From assembly GCA_016705955.1 (NCBI GenBank), contig JADJKO010000006.1, forward strand, positions 195,817-259,816: a stretch of DNA of 64,000 bases. Reading direction: 5' to 3'. The position numbers and the translations under genes are program-made. A model generated the notes under the pieces. The model worked only from the letters and a program-made list of their open reading frames with translations, searched no databases and was not told the DNA's origin. Below, piece by piece: positions 50,826 to 61,100 of the stretch; the first letter of the stretch is position 1, and each line of letters begins with the position of its first letter. This DNA is from Flavobacteriales bacterium (GTDB lineage Bacteria; Bacteroidota; Bacteroidia; Flavobacteriales_F; PHOS-HE28).

Positions 50826-52841
50826 ATGAGCACCCTCGACAGCAAGATCCCTCCCGGCCCCATCGATAAGAAGTGGACCGATCACAAGGGACACATCCGC
50901 ATCGTAGCACCGTCCAACAAGCGCCGCATCGACATCATCGTGGTGGGCACGGGTCTGGCCGGAGGAGCTGCCGCTGCTTCCCTTGCGGAGATGGGCTACA
51001 ACGTAAAAGCCTTCTGCTTCCAGGACAGCGCTCGTCGTGCGCACAGCATCGCCGCGCAAGGTGGGATCAACGCCGCGAAGAACTACCAGAACGACGGCGA
51101 CAGCACCTACCGCCTGTTCTATGACACCGTGAAGGGCGGCGATTACCGCTCCCGCGAAGCGAACGTCTATCGCCTTGCGGAAGTGAGCGCGAACATCATC
51201 GACCAGTGCGTGGCGCAAGGCGTTCCCTTCGCCCGTGATTACGGTGGGCTGCTCGATAACCGTTCGTTCGGTGGCGTGCAGGTGAGCCGCACCTTCTATG
51301 CGCGTGGGCAAACAGGTCAGCAGTTGTTGCTCGGGGCGTACAGCGCGCTGATGCGCCAAGTGGGCAAAGGCACCGTGCAGATGTTCGACCGCCACGAGAT
51401 GCTTGATGTGGTCGTGGTCGATGGCAAGGCACGTGGCATCATTGCACGCAACCTGATCACCGGCGAGATCGAACGCCACGGTGCGCACGCGGTATTGCTT
51501 TGCACCGGTGGCTACGGCAACGTGTTCTTCCTGAGCACGAACGCCATGGGCAGCAATGTGACGGCGGCGTGGAAGGCACACAAGCGCGGCGCTTACTTCG
51601 GCAATCCGTGCTACACGCAGATCCACCCGACGTGCATCCCCGTGAGCGGCACGCACCAGAGCAAGCTCACGCTGATGAGCGAATCGCTCCGAAACGACGG
51701 CCGCATTTGGGTGCCGAAGAACATCGAGGACGCGAAAGCGATCCGCGAAGGCAAGAAGAAAGGAAGCGACATCCCGGAAGCGGATCGTGACTATTACTTG
51801 GAACGCCGTTACCCGGCCTTTGGGAACCTTGTTCCGCGCGATGTGGCGAGCCGTGCTGCGAAGGAGCGTTGCGATGCAGGCTTCGGCGTGAACAAGACCG
51901 GTGAAGCAGTGTACCTCGACTTCAGCGCCGCGATCCAGCGCTACGGCAAGCAGCAAGCGAACATGCAGAAGGTCGAGAATGCCTCGCCGGAGCAGATCCG
52001 CGAGTTGGGCACGGCGGTCGTGAGCGAGAAGTACGGCAACCTATTCGACATGTACGAGAACATCGTCGGCGAGGACCCCTACAAGCACGCGATGAAGATC
52101 TATCCGGCCGTACACTACACCATGGGCGGCCTGTGGGTGGACTACAACCTGCAGACCACCGTGCCCGGCCTCTTCTGCTTGGGTGAAGCCAACTTCAGCG
52201 ATCACGGCGCGAACCGTCTCGGTGCATCCGCACTGATGCAAGGCTTGGCCGATGGCTACTTCGTGATCCCGTACACCGTGGGCGATTACCTCGCTGATGA
52301 CATCCGCACAGGACCGATCGACACGATGCGTCCTGAATTCGATGCCGCCGAGAAGGAACAGAAGGACCGCATCCACCACTTCTTGAACAACAAAGGCACG
52401 AAGCCTGTCGATGACTTCCACCGTCGCCTAGGAAAGGTGATGTGGGACAAGTGCGGCATGGCGCGCAACGCTCAAGGTTTGCAGGAAGCGATCGTAGAGA
52501 TCCGCCGGATCCGCGAAGAGTTCTGGAAGGATGTGCGTGTACCTGGCACGGCGAACGAGTTCAATCAGGAACTGGAGAAAGCAGGGCGAGTAGCGGACTT
52601 CATCGAGCTAGGCGAACTGATGTGCATGGACGCCCTGAATCGCAACGAAAGCTGCGGCGGCCACTTCCGGGAGGAATCCCAGGAGTTGGATGGCCCGCAG
52701 CAGGGCGAAGCAAAACGCGACGACGAGAACTACGCGTACGTGGCGGCTTGGGAGTGGTTAGGTGAAGCCGGCAAAGCGAATCTGCACAAGGAGCATTTGG
52801 AATTCAACGAAGTGAAGCTGACGCAACGCAGCTACAAATAG
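50826..52841 (+). CDS. sdhA: succinate dehydrogenase/fumarate reductase flavoprotein subunit
   Basis: The FAD site is [14 protein letters not shown]. The covalent-FAD His region is [14 protein letters not shown]. The active-site motif is HYTMGG. The ATG at 50826 is preferred to the TTG at 50817. Confidence 0.95.
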   Translation: MSTLDSKIPPGPIDKKWTDHKGHIRIVAPSNKRRIDIIVVGTGLAGGAAAASLAEMGYNVKAFCFQDSARRAHSIAAQGGINAAKNYQNDGDSTYRLFYDTVKGGDYRSREANVYRLAEVSANIIDQCVAQGVPFARDYGGLLDNRSFGGVQVSRTFYARGQTGQQLLLGAYSALMRQVGKGTVQMFDRHEMLDVVVVDGKARGIIARNLITGEIERHGAHAVLLCTGGYGNVFFLSTNAMGSNVTAAWKAHKRGAYFGNPCYTQIHPTCIPVSGTHQSKLTLMSESLRNDGRIWVPKNIEDAKAIREGKKKGSDIPEADRDYYLERRYPAFGNLVPRDVASRAAKERCDAGFGVNKTGEAVYLDFSAAIQRYGKQQANMQKVENASPEQIRELGTAVVSEKYGNLFDMYENIVGEDPYKHAMKIYPAVHYTMGGLWVDYNLQTTVPGLFCLGEANFSDHGANRLGASALMQGLADGYFVIPYTVGDYLADDIRTGPIDTMRPEFDAAEKEQKDRIHHFLNNKGTKPVDDFHRRLGKVMWDKCGMARNAQGLQEAIVEIRRIREEFWKDVRVPGTANEFNQELEKAGRVADFIELGELMCMDALNRNESCGGHFREESQELDGPQQGEAKRDDENYAYVAAWEWLGEAGKANLHKEHLEFNEVKLTQRSYK

Positions 52842-52910
52842 GCGCACCCACGATCGATCAATGCACCCGTACCGTCGTACCCTCCTGGTCGACATACAAT
52901 AGCAAGGCAG

Positions 52911-53669
52911 ATGGGCAACATGAAATTGAACCTGAAGATCTGGAGACAGAACGGCTCGAATGACAAGGGCAGCATCAAGGATTATCCGGTGAATGACGTC
53001 TCCGAGGATATGTCGTTCCTCGAGATGCTCGATGTGCTGAACGACGATCTCGTGCGCAAGGGAGAGGACCCGATCGCGTTCGATCACGATTGCCGCGAAG
53101 GCATCTGCGGCATGTGCAGCCTCTTCATCAACGGTGAACCGCACGGCCCGGGCCGGGGCATCACCACCTGCCAATTGCACATGCGCATGTTCAAGGATGG
53201 GGACACGATCCATGTGGAGCCATGGCGGAGCGCGGCCTTCCCGGTGATCAAGGACCTCGCCACCAACCGTAGTGCCCTCGATCGCATCCAAGCCGCCGGT
53301 GGTTTCGTGAGCGTGAACACCAGCGGGAATCTTGTGGATGGCAATGCCTTGCCCATCCCGAAGGACGATGCCGATACGGCCTTCGATGCCGCCACCTGCA
53401 TCGGTTGCGGTGCGTGCGTGGCCACCTGTCCGAACGGATCCGCCATGTTGTTCACCGCAGCGAAAGTCTCGCAGCTCTCCTTGCTACCGCAAGGCAAACC
53501 CGAGCGCAAGCGCCGTGCGCTGGCCATGGTGGAGCAGATGGACAAGGAGGGCTTTGGCAACTGCAGCAACACCGGTGCGTGTGAGGTGGAGTGCCCCAAG
53601 GGCATCAGCATCTCGCATATCGCTCGCCTGCACCGCGAGTACCTGGTGGCGACGGTGACGAAGGAGTAA
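52911..53669 (+). CDS. sdhB: succinate dehydrogenase/fumarate reductase iron-sulfur subunit
   Basis: The 2Fe-2S site is [10 protein letters not shown]. The 4Fe-4S and 3Fe-4S sites are [12 protein letters not shown] and [12 protein letters not shown]. Confidence 0.9.
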   Translation: MGNMKLNLKIWRQNGSNDKGSIKDYPVNDVSEDMSFLEMLDVLNDDLVRKGEDPIAFDHDCREGICGMCSLFINGEPHGPGRGITTCQLHMRMFKDGDTIHVEPWRSAAFPVIKDLATNRSALDRIQAAGGFVSVNTSGNLVDGNALPIPKDDADTAFDAATCIGCGACVATCPNGSAMLFTAAKVSQLSLLPQGKPERKRRALAMVEQMDKEGFGNCSNTGACEVECPKGISISHIARLHREYLVATVTKE

Positions 53670-53767
53670 GCGAAACGCCGCAGCCTTGAACATGAGAATA
53701 TGATCAGGGCTGAATTCGCCGAAACGTACAGTATTCTTCCTTTCTTCGGGGCTCAAACCCCAATGCC

Positions 53768-54990
53768 ATGCGCTTCAAAGCTGCGTTTTTCTCTGCTCTT
53801 TTCGTCGCCTTCGCAAATGCTCAGGTGCCCAACTACGTTCCGACCAACGGCATGTTGGCCTGGTGGCCTTTCAACGGAAACGCGAATGATGTGAGTGGCA
53901 ATGGAAACAATGGCATTTCGAACAACGCAGTACTCACCGTGGACCGGTTCGGCGATCCCAACAGTGCATACAACTTCAATGGGATCGACCAGCTCATCAC
54001 CGGGAACATAGACGCCATATCGAACACGTCCGAAACAACTGTTACTGCATGGATGCGATATACCGGGAATGCGGGAGGACAACCGTATGACACATACTTC
54101 CAGTTTGGCACCTATGGCTCTCACACGTTGGCGTATGCGTGGAACTACGGTGCATTACAGTTCGATCTGTACTCGCATTGCATTCAGGGTACGCAATACT
54201 ATCCACCCAGTAACATCAATGGCAGCTGGCATTTCGTCGCCGTCGTCGATTCTGAAACGGAGACTCGTGTCTATGTGGATGGAACGCTACTGAGTTTGTT
54301 GCCAGGAGGTCCAACCGGGAATTGCTATCAAGGCACGTCCACGTTTAGTATTGGTTCGGTCAATTCTGCCACGGACAATCAATGGGTCACCGGCGACTTG
54401 GACGATATCGGTTTTTGGAACCGTGCGCTCACCCAGGCCGAGGTTGAGGCCTTGTACAGTGCTGCTGTCACTCTACCATGTGTGTCTGCAGAAGCCGTGA
54501 GCTTGTCCGGACTGAATGCCGGCTACCAAACAACAGATGCACCAAGTTCATTGATGGGCACACCGGATGGTGGTCTATTCTTCGGGCCAGGAGTGTCCGG
54601 GGCCATCTTCGATCCCGCTGTTGCAGGCCCGGGCTCGCACACCGTTGTGTACACCCATGTTGACGCAGACGGCTGTGTGAACTCAATAGGTCTTTGCACG
54701 ACGGTGTCCCTTGGAATCGGCATCAATGATCCCGATAACGTAGGCTTGAGTGGAGTGCGCGTGTACCCGAACCCCACTGAGGGGGTCTTTACACTGGAAT
54801 TGGAACTTCATGGTCTCGTCTCCCTCACGGTCCACGATGGTAAGGGAAGGCAAGTGTTGAACCAGACCTTCATGGCGCAAGGCGCAAAGTCAACAAGAAT
54901 CATTGACCTTTCACGAGAGGCGGCGGGGGCATATGCGATGTGCTCAGCACGCCAGAAGGTTCGAATCGCCAGCAATTGGTCAAACACTAA
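53768..54990 (+). CDS. LamG/concanavalin-A-like lectin-domain protein with T9SS C-terminal sorting domain; apparent -1 frameshift at G5 run 54925-54929
   Basis: It has a signal peptide. The Laminin_G_3-like core is WHFVAVVDSETETRVYVDG. The T9SS CTD is VRVYPNPTEGVFTLEL.... Adding one G gives the canonical tail ...REAAGGICDVLSTPEGSNRQQLVKH*, with the stop at 54988-54990. Confidence 0.75.
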
Positions 54991-54993
54991 ACG

Positions 54994-55431
54994 ATGGCAA
55001 CCCCAAAACAACTAGGCCCCGAGGGATACCTTAAGGGGTTGCTTGATGAATTGTTATCCGGTCGCGTGGATTGGTCGGAGCCGAAGCCGCCATTTGAATT
55101 GGGTGGTCATCGCATCATTCCGGATGGTCGTTTCGGCAAGGAATGGGTAGTTGAACTGGAAGCGCGGACGTTGAAGCAGGTTCGAGGTGCGCTGGTGGAT
55201 CTCACGATCAGTGATCGTCCAAAGAAGTTGCTCGTTGTATTGTTCAAGCCAACGGATTCGATGAGCGCGTCAAGCGTCGAGCAGCACTTGAACGAGGTTG
55301 TTGAACGAATGAAGGGTCCGAAGCGGACTTGGTGCATCATCGCGTTGACCAAAGAAGGGAGCCGGGAAAAGCACCTTGAGAGCATCAAGAAGGCGTTGCT
55401 GCCTCATGGGCTTGTAGTTGCCAAGAGCTAA
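54994..55431 (+). CDS. hypothetical protein (145 aa), first gene of lower-GC insert
   Basis: GC is about 52%. No family was recognised. The segment HRIIPDGRFGKEWVVELEAR looks vaguely like a PD-(D/E)xK strand, but this is speculative. Confidence 0.45.
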   Translation: MATPKQLGPEGYLKGLLDELLSGRVDWSEPKPPFELGGHRIIPDGRFGKEWVVELEARTLKQVRGALVDLTISDRPKKLLVVLFKPTDSMSASSVEQHLNEVVERMKGPKRTWCIIALTKEGSREKHLESIKKALLPHGLVVAKS

Positions 55432-55489
55432 GGGGGATGAACTGACAATGTAGTTTCTACCTGTTGCGGAGATAGGGAGCACACTCCCC

Positions 55490-55577
55490 CACGTCGGCAC
55501 CACCATCTTCACGGTGATGAGTATGCTGTTCAGCGGAGCACAGGAACCCGGCGCCAACAACCTGAGCCAGCGCGCTA
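55490..55577 (+). pseudogene. decayed partial duplicate of the 5' end of the downstream aminotransferase gene
   Basis: The segment 55490-55577 (actcccccacgtcggcaccaccatcttcacggtgatgag...cctgagccag) is about 80% identical to 56300-56385 of the intact gene. It translates as LPHVGTTIFTVMSMLF...NNLSQ, against KLPRAGTTIFTVMSKLAQECGAINLSQ. It has no start codon. Confidence 0.6.
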
Positions 55578-55586
55578 CATTTGAAC

Positions 55587-56042
55587 ATGCGCCTCTACTT
55601 GGACACCTCGGTCTTCGGCGGCTACTTCGAGCCTGAGTTCGAGAAGTGGACCAAGCGCATGTTCGAGACCATCATCGAACGAGGCGATACCATTCTTGTC
55701 TCCACCATTGTCTTGGCCGAATTGGAGAACGCGCCACCGCGCGTGAGAGACCTCTTCGTGCGTGAAGTAGCGCGGAGGATGGAAATGATCGAGCGCAGTA
55801 CTGAAGCGATCGCCTTGGCTGAGCGTTATGTGGTGGAGAAGGTGATCGGTCGCAGCAGCATGGCCGATTGCCAGCATATCGCCATTGCCACACTCGCCAA
55901 TGCCGACGCCTTGGTAAGCTGGAACTTCAAGCACATCGTGAACGTGCCGAGGATCCGTGGCTACAACTCCGTCAACATGCGGATGGGGCACAGGCTGTTG
56001 GAGATCCGTACGCCCTTTGAACTCATGAGCCATGGCGAATAG
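55587..56042 (+). CDS. PIN-domain nuclease (VapC-like toxin candidate)
   Basis: The PIN acidic residues are MRLYLDTSV (Asp), LAELE (Glu), MADCQHIAIA (Asp) and LVSWNFKH. It is 151 aa from the ATG, and GC is about 57%. Confidence 0.75.
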   Translation: MRLYLDTSVFGGYFEPEFEKWTKRMFETIIERGDTILVSTIVLAELENAPPRVRDLFVREVARRMEMIERSTEAIALAERYVVEKVIGRSSMADCQHIAIATLANADALVSWNFKHIVNVPRIRGYNSVNMRMGHRLLEIRTPFELMSHGE

Positions 56043-56268
56043 AACGAAACCCTTCCCGGTCCTTGCCGAACTGCGCGCCATCCGGGATCGCATGAGCAAG
56101 GCATTGAACACGATGACGCCAGCGGAACAAGAAGCCTTTCTGGAAAGGGGCTCTGCCTGGTTCCGCAAGGCATTGCCTGCGCGCCGAACGGTTGGATCAA
56201 AGAAGCCTCCAGGTGTAGCAAAGAAGTCGCCCGCCAAGCGCCGCTCAACGACCAAGCAGCGCGCATGA
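56032..56268 (+). CDS. small basic protein (78 aa) downstream of the PIN gene, possible cognate partner
   Basis: It overlaps the PIN stop by 11 nt. It has two predicted helices followed by a Lys/Arg/Pro-rich tail (KKPPGVAKKSPAKRRSTTKQRA). Its stop overlaps the aminotransferase ATG (ATGA). Confidence 0.4.
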   Translation: MANRTKPFPVLAELRAIRDRMSKALNTMTPAEQEAFLERGSAWFRKALPARRTVGSKKPPGVAKKSPAKRRSTTKQRA

Positions 56269-57425
56269 TCCGTACCGCCCTCGCCCGGCCGACCAGCAAA
56301 CTCCCCCGCGCCGGCACCACCATCTTCACGGTGATGAGCAAGTTGGCACAGGAGTGCGGCGCCATCAATCTGAGCCAGGGTTTCCCGGACTTCCCGATCG
56401 ACCCCAAACTGAGCGACTTGGTGAACGCGGCCATGAAGGCCGGTCACAACCAATACGCGCCGATGCCGGGTCTTCCTGCTCTGCGTGAGGCGATCGCAAG
56501 TAAAGTGGAACGACTCTACGGCTTCAACTATGATCCGGACACCGAGGTAACTGTGACGGCTGGCGGAACGCAGGCCATCTTCACTGCGCTCGGAGCCGTG
56601 GTTCAGTCGGGTGATGAAGTGATCATCGTCGATCCCGCGTACGATTGCTATGCACCGACGGTGGAACTCTTCGGCGGCGTACCGGTGCATGTGCGCCTTG
56701 GCAACGACATGAAGTTCGATACGGACGCGGTGAAGGCGGCGATCAACCCGCGCACACGCATGCTCATGATCAACACGCCACACAATCCGGCGGGGACTAT
56801 CCTTCGCGATGCGGACATGCGGCGGATCGCCGAAATGCTGCGCGGCACCGACATCATCCTGTTGAGCGATGAGGTGTACGAGCACCTTGTCTTCGATGGC
56901 GAGCGGCACGCCTCGGCGATCAACTATCCGGAATTGCGCGAACGTGCTTTTGTGATCTTCAGTTTCGGCAAGGTCTTCCACGCCACCGGTTGGAAGATGG
57001 GCTACGCGCTTGCGCCGAAGGAGCTCATGGCCGAGTTCCGCAAAGTGCATCAGTTCAACGTGTTCAGCGTGAACACGCCGATCCAGCACGCACTGGCAGC
57101 GTACATGAGGGAACCGACGAACTACGAGGACGTACCGGCGTTCTACCAAGCCAAGCGCGATCGGTTCGCGGCTGGCATGATGAACTCGCGTTTCAACCTG
57201 TTGCTCTGCGAGGGTTCCTATTTCCAAACCGCGGATTACAGCGCCATCAGCAACGAAGGTGATCTCGACTTCGCCACACGCGTGACGAAGGAGTTCGGCG
57301 TGGCCACGATCCCGCTTTCACCCTTCTACAAGGATCCGCCAACGGATCTGCGTTTGTTGCGCTTCTGCTTCGCGAAGCAGGACGCTACCTTGGATGCGGC
57401 CATCGAGAAGCTATGTCGGATCTAA
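56265..57425 (+). CDS. PLP-dependent aminotransferase class I/II (methionine aminotransferase / glutamine transaminase, YbdL-like)
   Basis: The N-terminus is SKLPRAGTTIFTVMSKLAQECGAINLSQGFPDF. The PLP lysine lies in SFGKVFHATGWKMGY. Confidence 0.9.
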   Translation: MIRTALARPTSKLPRAGTTIFTVMSKLAQECGAINLSQGFPDFPIDPKLSDLVNAAMKAGHNQYAPMPGLPALREAIASKVERLYGFNYDPDTEVTVTAGGTQAIFTALGAVVQSGDEVIIVDPAYDCYAPTVELFGGVPVHVRLGNDMKFDTDAVKAAINPRTRMLMINTPHNPAGTILRDADMRRIAEMLRGTDIILLSDEVYEHLVFDGERHASAINYPELRERAFVIFSFGKVFHATGWKMGYALAPKELMAEFRKVHQFNVFSVNTPIQHALAAYMREPTNYEDVPAFYQAKRDRFAAGMMNSRFNLLLCEGSYFQTADYSAISNEGDLDFATRVTKEFGVATIPLSPFYKDPPTDLRLLRFCFAKQDATLDAAIEKLCRI

Positions 57426-58192
57426 GAGTGACCCTTGTACAGAGCATGCTCCATTGGGAGGATGCCGTCGCGAACCGTGCGATGTTCGAAGAGAAGATCG
57501 TCGGCTTGAAAGGCTCGACCGATCTCATCGTGCTTCCGGAGATGTTCACCACGGGCTTCAGCATGCGCAGTGCGGAGCTGGCCGAGACGATGGATGGCGC
57601 TACCGTTGCGTGGATGCGTGAGCAAGCGAGAACGGTGAACGCTGCGATCTATGGAAGTGCGATCATCACAGAAGGGGGAAAGCAGTTCAACCGTGGGCTC
57701 TTCGTCAAACCGGATGGCAAGGTCACGATCTACGACAAGCGCCACCTCTTCCGCTTTGCCAACGAAACGGATCATTACAGTCCGGGCAAGGATCGCGTGG
57801 TAGTGGAATGGCGCGGATGGCGTCTCTTGTTGCAGGTGTGCTTCGATCTGCGTTTCCCGGTATTCAGCCGTAACCGTGGCGACTACGATGCGATCCTATA
57901 CGTGGCGAACTGGCCGGAAGCGCGGCGCTTTCCGTGGAGCCAACTGTTGATCGCACGTGCCATCGAGAACCAGTGCTACGTGGCCGGGGTGAACCGCGTG
58001 GGCATGGACGGCAAGGGCATCCACTACAGCGGCGACTCGGTAATGATCGATCCGCGCGGCGCGGTGATCGGAGAGGTGGAACCATCGCAAGAAGGTGTTG
58101 CGAAGACCATCTTCGGTCGGGAAGCGTTGGACGACTTTCGTGAGAAATTCCCGGCGGGAATGGAAGCGGACAACTTCGATCCGCGCTTCTAG
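57413..58192 (+). CDS. omega-amidase / carbon-nitrogen hydrolase family protein (YafV/Nit2-like)
   Basis: The catalytic Glu is in LPEMF and the catalytic Cys is in LLQVCFDLRFP. The length is 259 aa. It is adjacent to its usual aminotransferase partner. Confidence 0.85.
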   Translation: MSDLRVTLVQSMLHWEDAVANRAMFEEKIVGLKGSTDLIVLPEMFTTGFSMRSAELAETMDGATVAWMREQARTVNAAIYGSAIITEGGKQFNRGLFVKPDGKVTIYDKRHLFRFANETDHYSPGKDRVVVEWRGWRLLLQVCFDLRFPVFSRNRGDYDAILYVANWPEARRFPWSQLLIARAIENQCYVAGVNRVGMDGKGIHYSGDSVMIDPRGAVIGEVEPSQEGVAKTIFGREALDDFREKFPAGMEADNFDPRF

Positions 58193-61100
58193 CGCAGCAC
58201 TTGCACGTTGCCCATCTGGCGCTGTTCGAATCCAGTGCCGCCGTCCTTGTCGGTGAAGAAGGTGTAGGTCATGTGCCAGACGTACATATCGTTCTTCACG
58301 AATTCACCTCGATAGGTGCCATCCCATCCGCTTTCGAGATCCCGGGTCTCGAAGAGCATTTCGCCCCATCGATCGAAGACCATCAAGTGAACACTTGCGA
58401 TGCTCTTGCCCACGGGCATGAAGTAGTCATTCACACCGTCGCCGTTCGGGGTGAAGGTGTTCGGAATGAAGATAGTGGCCGGACAATGTTCGATCACACG
58501 CGCTGAATCCATCCCCGAACAATCGTAGGCGTTCATGATGTGGACATAGTACCAGCCATACGCGCCTGCCATGATCATTGGTGTGCTCTCGCCTGTGCTC
58601 CAATCGAAGCGCGCACCGGGATTCCCGGCGTCGATCACCACATAGCGAGGGTCATCATCGAGGCAGGCGTGGAATTCACGAACGGCCATCCGCTGAGGCG
58701 AAGGGTTGAAATGCACACTGATCGCATCGTTGCGTGAACAGTACCCATTGTTCACATTCACGGAGTAGATCCCGGATCGCTGAACGGCGATCGTGCGGCT
58801 TGTTGATCCGTTGCTCCACGCATAGGTCGATCCTTGGTTGCCTGCATCCAGGACCAGATGTTGTCCTTCGCACAGGATCGTGTCCGCCCCGAGGAACACC
58901 GTCGGTGGTGGGATGAAGAGCACATCGGAGTCGAAGGTGGCTGCGCAACCAGTGCTGTTGGTCACCGTGACACTGTATGTAGCACTTGTGGACACGGAGA
59001 TGGATTGACCGGTCGCACTGGTGCTCCACAGGTAGGTGCTGCCGACGTTACCTGCATCGAGGGTCACAGATCCTCCGATGCATTGCGTACTGTTTGCCAG
59101 TACGTCGCCAGGGGCGTTGTTCACCGAGATGCTGATCGCATCCGTGGCCGAGCAGGATGCGTTGCTAACGGTCACACTATAAGTTCCACTTGCACTGGCC
59201 GGGATGGATTGCGTTGTTGCGCCAGTGGACCACAGGTGCGAGGCACCTGGTGTTCCGGCATCGAGCAGAATGCTCTGACCTTGGCAGATGCTCGTGTCGT
59301 TCCCGAGGGAAACCGTAACGACCGGAGCGAGGGTCACGATCGCATCGAAGGTCGCGCTGCATTGCTGTGGCGTGGTCACGGTAACACTGTACGTGCCGCT
59401 TGCACTCGGAGTGATGCTTTGCGTGGTCGCGCCGCCGTTCCACAGGAAAGTACTTCCCGTGTTGCCGGCGTTCAACATCGGCGGTGAACTGATGCAAGCG
59501 CTCACATCCTGCAGGACATCAACAGGCATGGCGTTGAACTGGATGTTCATCGCATCACTCGCACTGCAATTGTTCGCATTGGTCACCGTCACGGAATAGG
59601 TTCCGCTGGTCGTGGCGTTGATCGTCTGTGTTGCAGCGTTCGTATTCCAGAGGAAGGTGCTGCCCGCATTCCCCGCGTTCAGGAGTTGGCTCGACACTCC
59701 GCATAGGAAAAGATCAGGCCCGAGGTTGACAACGGGCAATGGGTTCAACGTCACGTTGAAGGTGCTGATGGCCTGGCATCCTTGTGCGTCGGTGATGGTC
59801 ACGGTATGCGGGCCACTCGTCACGGGTACGATGCTTGGCGTCACTGCGCCGGTGCTCCACGAATAGCTTACGCCCGTGGCAGGAGCGTTGAGCACCGGAG
59901 CCGCGTTCGCGCAGGCGACCACGTTCTGTGCAGTAGTCACATTCGTGAATGCACTTGTTACGATGATCTGATCGGTGGCTGAACAGCCGAACGGATCCAC
60001 CACGGTCACCGTGTACGTCGCGGTGCTGTTCACCATGATCGTGGGCGATTGGATGTTCGATGCATTCAGGTTCGCAGCAGGCGTCCAACTATAGATGGCG
60101 TTGGGAACATTGTGCTGCACAGTGAGTTGATGACCGAGTGTCGAGCACAGTGTGACATCGGCACCGGCATCCGCGGTCAGACCGGTATTCACGGTAATGA
60201 TGATGCTCGCGCTCATGGAGCAACCCGTCGCGGTGTGCGTGACCGTGCATGTGTAGGTGGTGGTCTGGGTCGGTGTTGCCATCGGTGCCGCGATGTTGGA
60301 GAAGTTCAAACCTGCACCCGACCATGCGTACGTAAGACCACTGCCACCATTCACGACCGCGTTGAGTTGTGTATTCTGCCCTGGACAAAGCGTCGTGGCC
60401 GCCGCCGTAACATTCAACGAGAAGAGTTGGCCAACGGTGATGGTGGTCGAACCTGACGCCGCACATCCGACATCATTCACCGCGTTCACCGTGTAGGTAG
60501 TGGTCTGGGTCGGTGTGGCTACTGGGTTGGCGATATCCGTCGCACTCAACGTACCGTTGTTCGGCGTCCATGCATAGATGATCCCGGTACCGGAGCTGGG
60601 CGTGGCATTGAGCTGCAAACCCGAGTTGGAGCAGAGGGTCGTGTTCGGCGTTACGTTGAGGCTGAATGCAGGTGCAATGGTGATGTACACCGAATCGCGA
60701 TAGACACAACCTGCTGAAGGATCCGTTGCACTGAGCACGTACCAGCCACTGGCCGCTGGTGTTGCGATCGGCTGGTAGCTGTTGGGGTTATTGAGCGTGG
60801 AACCTTGCGACCAGGAATAGGAAGCGAAGGTGTCGTCCCAGCGCGTCAGGGTGAAGGCATCAATGGACCAATTGTCCTGGCCTGTTCCGGAATTCGCCAA
60901 CTGGCGAATGCGGAACATGGTATTCGCGGTCTGCGCAACAGGAGGGATCACCAGATCCACCAAGGTGAAGGAAGGATATGAATCCTCGTTAAGCGTGGCT
61001 AGGCCGGACCAATTGATCCCGTTGTTGGTGGAGTACTCCACGATCACATCCTCTCCTGCTTCGGCATCGTCACAAGGAGCCGACCCCGTGGCGATCTTCA

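Noticed and set aside
50754-51956. 400-aa minus-strand ORF
   Set aside because: It is antisense to sdhA.
55575-57227. 550-aa minus-strand ORF
   Set aside because: It is antisense to the PIN gene and the aminotransferase, and its composition is typical of GC-rich antisense frames.
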